Source: a virus
Lineage: Duplodnaviria > Caudoviricetes
IMG/VR virus record: IMGVR_UViG_3300017691_000006
Coordinates: 12,751-76,750 of that record
Strand: one strand, 5' to 3'
DNA length: 64,000 bases
A program made the translations under genes and the position numbers. Below are positions 59,557-64,000 of this stretch, piece after piece. The notes under the pieces were generated by a model that was given only the letters and a program-made list of their open reading frames with translations, did no database searches and was not told the DNA's origin. The stretch's first letter is position 1. Each line of letters begins with the position of its first letter.

Positions 59557-59868
59557 TCACTTGTGGTTGATGGTCAGAGTTCTCTCGGAGCTGCGGTGTG
59601 GGTAGTGAACGTACCGCTTGTCTCCGATGAGGTCGTGAAGCTTCTTGTTGCTCTGCCGGAGCAGGAGCATGGGGACGGCGTACCAGCATCGGCAGCGGGT
59701 GAGCCTGAGCTCGCTGTCCAGCTCCTGCTTGCTGCGGACGATGTGCAGCTCGCTGACAGTGGTGAACAGCAGCGCGTAGTTGCCGCCCTCCAGCGTGTTC
59801 AAGAGGCGGTCCGCGCACACGCGGTGGAAGTGCTGCAGGAGCTCGTCCTGCTTGTAGAACTGCGTCAT
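59557..59868 (-). CDS. hypothetical protein
   Basis: 103 aa, RBS GGAG. Confidence 0.55.
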   Translation of the reverse strand: MTQFYKQDELLQHFHRVCADRLLNTLEGGNYALLFTTVSELHIVRSKQELDSELRLTRCRCWYAVPMLLLRQSNKKLHDLIGDKRYVHYPHRSSERTLTINHK

Positions 59869-59871
59869 GGC

Positions 59872-60447
59872 TCACTCCTTGCCGTCTGCTAGGGCAAATG
59901 CCTTGAGTACGTCAGCCCTGTCCTTCACCACCCACTCAGCGCGGTTAGGGCCTATAGATGGTAGCTTACCTACGGCCTCGCGAGCTTCCTCATCAGGTAG
60001 CGCGAGGTATTCTGCAACCTGCGCTCGCATTTCCAACAAGCGGAAGGCCGTCAGTTCGCCCACGAACGGCAGCCGTGCAAGGATGCGAACAGCCTCATTC
60101 CAGCGTGTGTAGCTGTCCTCCTCCTCTGGAGAAGAGAAGGCTGACGGCTCCCTGGGGACGAGCGCTAGGGCAGCTTGCACTTGCTCGCGCATTACCCACA
60201 GGGACCGCACCCAGTCAACGCGGAACTTTTCTGGCAAACCGTGCAGCAAGGCTAACCATCCCTCTGAGTAGTCCATCGATGCCGGTAGCTTGGCGTAGAG
60301 GTCAGTTATCTCTCTTCTGTAAGTTATTATAGTATTGACAGCAGTGCTGCCATTGATACCAGGCAACGCCTGTAGGGCGTCGTTGAGCACGGCCAACTCC
60401 TCGCCGCTGTACAGCGCGATAGTGGCCTTGACGTTGCGGAGCCTCAC
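59872..60447 (-). CDS. protein with two helix-hairpin-helix DNA-binding motifs, atypical codon usage
   Basis: LQALPGINGSTA and VGKLPSIGPNRA; probable GTG at 60447. Confidence 0.5.
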   Translation of the reverse strand: MRLRNVKATIALYSGEELAVLNDALQALPGINGSTAVNTIITYRREITDLYAKLPASMDYSEGWLALLHGLPEKFRVDWVRSLWVMREQVQAALALVPREPSAFSSPEEEDSYTRWNEAVRILARLPFVGELTAFRLLEMRAQVAEYLALPDEEAREAVGKLPSIGPNRAEWVVKDRADVLKAFALADGKE

Positions 60448-60527
60448 TTGCGGAACAGCCACTTGAAGACGTGGACCAGCACGAGGCACTTGATGAAGTC
60501 ACGGAACATAGTCATTCTCCTCTTGGG

Positions 60528-60881
60528 TTAGAACTTGTACTTACCAGTCGCTCGCATGAGCTTGTGGATGTGCCTGTACAGGTTGCCGACGGTGCAGGCC
60601 ACGGTCTCTTCGCCGGGATCGTCCTCACCGATGGCTTTCAGCAAGGCGACGGCGGCGTGGACGCACTCGTGCGCCAGCGTGGTCTGCAGCTCGAGGCCCC
60701 GCTGGGAGGCATCGATGTAGACCAGCAGCTGGCCGTCAAACAGCTTGTCGAAGACGCTGCCGTAGGGCGTACCATCCAGCGGCGGGAGGTCGTGCTTACG
60801 CATGAACTTGTTGAGCTTCTTAGCACTGGTGAACAGGCGGACAGATGCGCCGTCTGCCGAGACTAGCGTGATCTTTCGCAT
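60528..60881 (-). CDS. small HExxH putative zinc metallopeptidase-like protein
   Basis: TLAHECVHAA...IGEDDPGEE; paralog of 9056..9496; first gene after a class B motif. Confidence 0.6.
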   Translation of the reverse strand: MRKITLVSADGASVRLFTSAKKLNKFMRKHDLPPLDGTPYGSVFDKLFDGQLLVYIDASQRGLELQTTLAHECVHAAVALLKAIGEDDPGEETVACTVGNLYRHIHKLMRATGKYKF

Positions 60882-60890
60882 GGGTACTCC

Positions 60891-60921
60891 AAAATAAAGG
60901 GAGACCTCCGAAGAGATCTCC
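60891..60921 (-). terminator. intrinsic terminator after endolysin
   Basis: GGAGATCTC-TTCG-GAGGTCTCC-CTTTATTTT. Confidence 0.8.
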
Positions 60922-60957
60922 TAGGTGGATATCATATAAGATACCCGTTTTTGCGCG
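60920..60957 (-). promoter_or_regulatory. class B conserved motif at the start of the early region
   Basis: Plus strand CCTAGGTGGATATCATATAAGATACCCGTTTTTGCGCG. Confidence 0.75.
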
Positions 60958-61497
60958 CTACGCCTCGTTGGTAGAGAGCTTACCCTTGGCGCTGACGTGG
61001 TAGCGCTTCACCGAGGGCGGCAGCGCGGTCTTGAAGGCGGGGCGGCGAGCCTTGAACAGCCGGGACTTGGCGATGCGGGTCACGCACACCTTGTCGGACT
61101 GGTTGCCTCCCAGCACGTGGTAGGCGTCTGCGTCCTCTGCGACGTAGAAGCCGACGTGGCCACCGCCGTCGCGCTTGAAGGTCAGCAGGTCGCCCAGCTC
61201 CGGCGCTGCCTGCGCCGTACCGAACGTCGACCAGTTCAGCGCGTACAGCGGACCCTTGACCACCTCCTTGCCCGCGCGCTTGGAGACGATCGCGGCGAAC
61301 AGCCCGCACCAGGGTACGCTGTCGTCGGAGTACTTGTAGCCCAGCGCCGGGATGCCCAGCTCCGTGGCCCACGCCATGATGATGGGGTTGCTCTTCTTGC
61401 CGGGCGTCTCGACCGTGCCGTGGAGCTTGAGGGCCTCCTGCAGCAGCTTGGGGAGCGTGCCGAGGTCGTCCAGCCACTCGTAGCCGGGGACGCTCAC
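60958..61497 (-). CDS. putative endolysin, TIGR02594-family (NlpC/P60-CHAP-like Cys-His peptidase)
   Basis: NPIIMAWA, DDSVPWCGLF, GDLLTFKRDGGGHVGFY, VLGGNQSD. Confidence 0.8.
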   Translation of the reverse strand: MSVPGYEWLDDLGTLPKLLQEALKLHGTVETPGKKSNPIIMAWATELGIPALGYKYSDDSVPWCGLFAAIVSKRAGKEVVKGPLYALNWSTFGTAQAAPELGDLLTFKRDGGGHVGFYVAEDADAYHVLGGNQSDKVCVTRIAKSRLFKARRPAFKTALPPSVKRYHVSAKGKLSTNEA

Positions 61498-61661
61498 TTG
61501 CGCTTCTTCCCGGTGATCGCCTCGATGATGGCGGGCGCGTTCTCGGTCACGGTCGCCACGATGACCTGCTCCACCTTAGGCGTCGGGGTCGGCTGAGCCT
61601 TCGCGATCTTCGACAGCAGGAACGCCGTCGCCAGGTCCACCAGTACTTTTGGAATCTTCAC
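61494..61661 (-). CDS. 55-aa hypothetical protein in the lysis cassette
   Basis: GTG at 61661; stop overlaps endolysin start. Confidence 0.4.
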   Translation of the reverse strand: MKIPKVLVDLATAFLLSKIAKAQPTPTPKVEQVIVATVTENAPAIIEAITGKKRK

Positions 61662-61869
61662 TACGCTTCTCCTTGGCTGAGCCGAAGTAGTAGGTCACCA
61701 CCGTAGCCACGACCGTACCGAGCATGAAGCCCAGGATGGTGTCGGCGAATCGGACGGATGACTTCTCGATATGGATGAAGGTGATGCACGTGATGTACAC
61801 CGCCGAGAAGATCGACCAGAACACCGCGAGGAATGTCCTCACGGATAGGCGATCCAGGATAGTTGACAT
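61576..61869 (-). CDS. putative holin (two TM helices)
   Basis: Two hydrophobic segments, YYFGS and charged C-terminus; upstream of endolysin. Confidence 0.6.
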   Translation of the reverse strand: MSTILDRLSVRTFLAVFWSIFSAVYITCITFIHIEKSSVRFADTILGFMLGTVVATVVTYYFGSAKEKRSEDSKSTGGPGDGVPAVEDREGSADPDA

Positions 61870-61965
61870 CTGTACCCCTCTACCTTATAGTTATTCTCTT
61901 AGGGTCTCTATACCTACCCTCCCTCCCTCTATACTCCAGAGGGGCCTACGGCCGGGGGCGGCAAA

Positions 61966-61985
61966 GGGTTAATTTAACGGGTTGG
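61966..61985 (-). promoter_or_regulatory. class A conserved motif, copy 6
   Basis: GGGTTAATTTAACGGGTTGG at the head of the lysis cassette. Confidence 0.8.
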
Positions 61986-62048
61986 GCTAAGGCGACCCCG
62001 CACAGGCGTTAGTCCCGCGACGAGACCGCTATCGCTCACAAGCTGCGA

Positions 62049-62597
62049 CTAAGCAGGCTGGCCGCAGGGTGACCCCGACGGGGCGCGGCTACCCTGGGCA
62101 AGCGACCGGGCGCGAGGCCGCGTCTCGGGGCACCCCGCTTGCAGACGGTGATGGCGCGTGCGCCGGGTCAGGAAGCGCGAGCCGCGCCGCCACCCCGCCC
62201 TCTCCAGCAGCCTTGAGAAGACCTCGGACGAAGGCAGGATGCTGCTCGTGACGGCCACCTCGTACCCGAGGCGCTCGGCGTACTGGAACAGGTGCTCGTG
62301 AAATTCTACCAACGCTCTGGCGGCTCTGATGCCGGTCAGCTCGCTGTGGTAGTAGAGCTGGGTGAGCGCCCTCACGTCAGAGTGGTGCATGCCCGCCCCC
62401 TCGTGCGCGACCATCCAGCCCACCACCTCGCCCTCGAGCTCCATCACCCGGAAGTAGCGCATGTTGGCGAACGCCTCGAACGCTTGTGCGCAGGAGGCGT
62501 CGCTCACCGGGAAGTCAGGGTCGTTGTAGCGCTCGAACAGGCCCTGGCTTATGCGGCGGAGCGCCGGGAAGTCCGTGCGCCTGACCCCACGTATCAC
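62049..62597 (-). CDS. GNAT acetyltransferase-like protein
   Basis: MIRGVRRTDFP start, VMELEGEVVGWM, AARALV, LERAGW pattern; GTG at 62597 overlaps upstream stop. Confidence 0.55.
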   Translation of the reverse strand: MIRGVRRTDFPALRRISQGLFERYNDPDFPVSDASCAQAFEAFANMRYFRVMELEGEVVGWMVAHEGAGMHHSDVRALTQLYYHSELTGIRAARALVEFHEHLFQYAERLGYEVAVTSSILPSSEVFSRLLERAGWRRGSRFLTRRTRHHRLQAGCPETRPRARSLAQGSRAPSGSPCGQPA

Positions 62598-62866
62598 TCC
62601 TCGGTCGTCTCGGGCTGCGGGTCGACGATGCCGTAGGCCTGCTTCACGTTCTGCAGGTCGAAGCCGAAGGCCATGCCCACCGCGCCGCGCACGCGGTTCA
62701 GCAGCTGAGCAGCCGCGCTGTCCTGTCCGTACTCGGGCACGTCCGCTGCGATGGCGTCGAGCTTGGCGACGACGTCCTTGGCCACCGAGTCGATGGCCTT
62801 CACGGTAGCAACCTCCGAAGCGCGGATGGCTGCATAGTACTCGTTCAACTCTTCCTTGGTCAACAT
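62594..62866 (-). CDS. hypothetical protein
   Basis: 90 aa, RBS AGGA. Confidence 0.55.
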   Translation of the reverse strand: MLTKEELNEYYAAIRASEVATVKAIDSVAKDVVAKLDAIAADVPEYGQDSAAAQLLNRVRGAVGMAFGFDLQNVKQAYGIVDPQPETTEE

Positions 62867-62920
62867 GGTATTTTCCTATGATGTGAGGGAGGACGGGATT
62901 GCCCTCCCTCGTTGTTGAGC

Positions 62921-64000
62921 TCAAGGCTCGTAGGTGGTGATCTGCAGCTGCTCTACGACGACGTCGGCCTGGTAGGCCTTGCCCGTGACGCCTCCGTCGT
63001 AGAAGTCGTACACCCGCGCGCGCAGCTGGATCGGGTTCGTACCGCCGGTGGTGTCGGTGATCTCGATCGTCCCACTCGCAGACTTGCGCACGGTCGACGG
63101 CTCTCCCTCGTTCGCGACGCCGTTGTTGGCGCTCTCGTAGCGGTAGTTCCCGAGGGAGCCGGTGCCTAGCGTTGTCCAGGTGTTGTCGCTGTTCAGCCGC
63201 TCCAGCAGGAAGTTGGCCCTGGTGGCGCCGCCGTCAGCGTGGTTGGACCATCGGGTGCCCGTGAGCGAGAAGGCCAGGCTCGCCACGAAGTAGCGCGTTT
63301 TGCCGTTGGTCACGAACGGCCCCACGGCCACGGAGCTGTTGCCGTAGTCGTAGGTGGTCTTCTGGTTGCGGAGCTGGCCCTCGGCGATGCTGCCGTTGAA
63401 GAAGGCCTGCCCGTCGGTGCGGAGGTAGTACACGGCCTGGGCCTCGGTGCACTCGCCCACGCTGTTCTTGACCGGGCCGTACCACTCGATGAACTGGTTG
63501 GCCGAGCCGAAGCCCGTCCCGCTCACCTTCATGTGGGTGCCCGACTTCCAGATGATGCGACCTCCGCCGCCTACCAGGTCGTTGGCGATGGTGACGTTGC
63601 CGTTCTCCACTGTCAGGGCGGGGATCACCCTGCCGTCGGCCTTGTTCTTCAGCGCGATGGTCGTCGCCGTCAGCGACACGTTGGACGTGGGCTGGCCGGA
63701 GGCGTTGGTCGCCATGATCTCGACCGTGGCGTCCGCTCCCGGTACGGAGGCGGTCTTGCTGAAGTAGGCGGTCAGCTTGCCGTCGTGCGTGGCCACGGTG
63801 GTCTCCAGCGTGCCGACCTTGGCGCTGATGCCCGACACCTTGCCCGACTCCACCTCTGCGGTGGTCGCCGGCCTGATGCCGCACTTCTGCCAGATCGTGC
63901 GCAGGAAGCCCTGGTACCCGGCGAACCCGTCCCAGCCAGCCATCATGTAGAGCTGGATCTGACCCGTGTTGTTGCCGTTGTACACCAGCTTGGTGAAGCC
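62921..64000 (-). CDS. C-terminal part of tail tip / host-specificity protein (truncated at right edge)
   Basis: Frame open to the window edge; beta-rich G/T/N composition; SNVSLTATTIAL...ALTVENG resembles DUF1983-region tail-tip proteins. Confidence 0.6.
   Translation of the reverse strand, partial: GFTKLVYNGNNTGQIQLYMMAGWDGFAGYQGFLRTIWQKCGIRPATTAEVESGKVSGISAKVGTLETTVATHDGKLTAYFSKTASVPGADATVEIMATNASGQPTSNVSLTATTIALKNKADGRVIPALTVENGNVTIANDLVGGGGRIIWKSGTHMKVSGTGFGSANQFIEWYGPVKNSVGECTEAQAVYYLRTDGQAFFNGSIAEGQLRNQKTTYDYGNSSVAVGPFVTNGKTRYFVASLAFSLTGTRWSNHADGGATRANFLLERLNSDNTWTTLGTGSLGNYRYESANNGVANEGEPSTVRKSASGTIEITDTTGGTNPIQLRARVYDFYDGGVTGKAYQADVVVEQLQITTYEP

Noticed and set aside
4052-61985. Repeated motifs as a CRISPR array
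   Set aside because: Copies are dispersed over tens of kb, not regularly spaced with unique spacers, and no cas genes are present
1-64000. Integrase, repressor, intron or intein
   Set aside because: No recombinase or CI-like motifs recognised; polymerase, RNR, helicase and terminase ORFs are continuous with no intein-size insertions; the rest of the genome is outside the window

Overview
A 64-kb slice of a GC-rich, apparently lytic, tailed dsDNA phage (siphovirus-type head/tail genes). Every convincing gene is on the minus strand, and the long plus-strand ORFs look like antisense shadows. In transcription order (right to left): tail-tip fragment, GNAT-like gene, holin and endolysin (64-61 kb); early region of small and membrane proteins ending in a T7-like single-subunit RNA polymerase (61-52 kb); T7-like replication and nucleotide module (SSB, family A DNA polymerase, 5'-3' exonuclease, GIY-YIG nuclease, primase-helicase, class II ribonucleotide reductase, ATP-dependent ligase, Pol-beta-type nucleotidyltransferase; 52-39 kb); a long accessory region (39-17 kb); then terminase, portal, head and tail genes and a tRNA-Trp (16.4-0 kb). 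Main highlights: (1) a 1556-aa protein at the minor-head-protein locus fuses a MuF/SPP1-gp7 head-morphogenesis domain to a second complete T7-like RNAP, suggesting a capsid-delivered RNAP; (2) two distinct families of conserved intergenic motifs (6 and 4 copies) are candidate promoters for the two RNAPs; (3) six copies of a compact H-type RNA pseudoknot with covarying stems lie between genes; (4) probable overprinted +1-frame genes lie inside the RNAP and nucleotidyltransferase genes. No integrase, repressor or CRISPR array was seen. All family calls are from motif recognition by eye; no database search was run.
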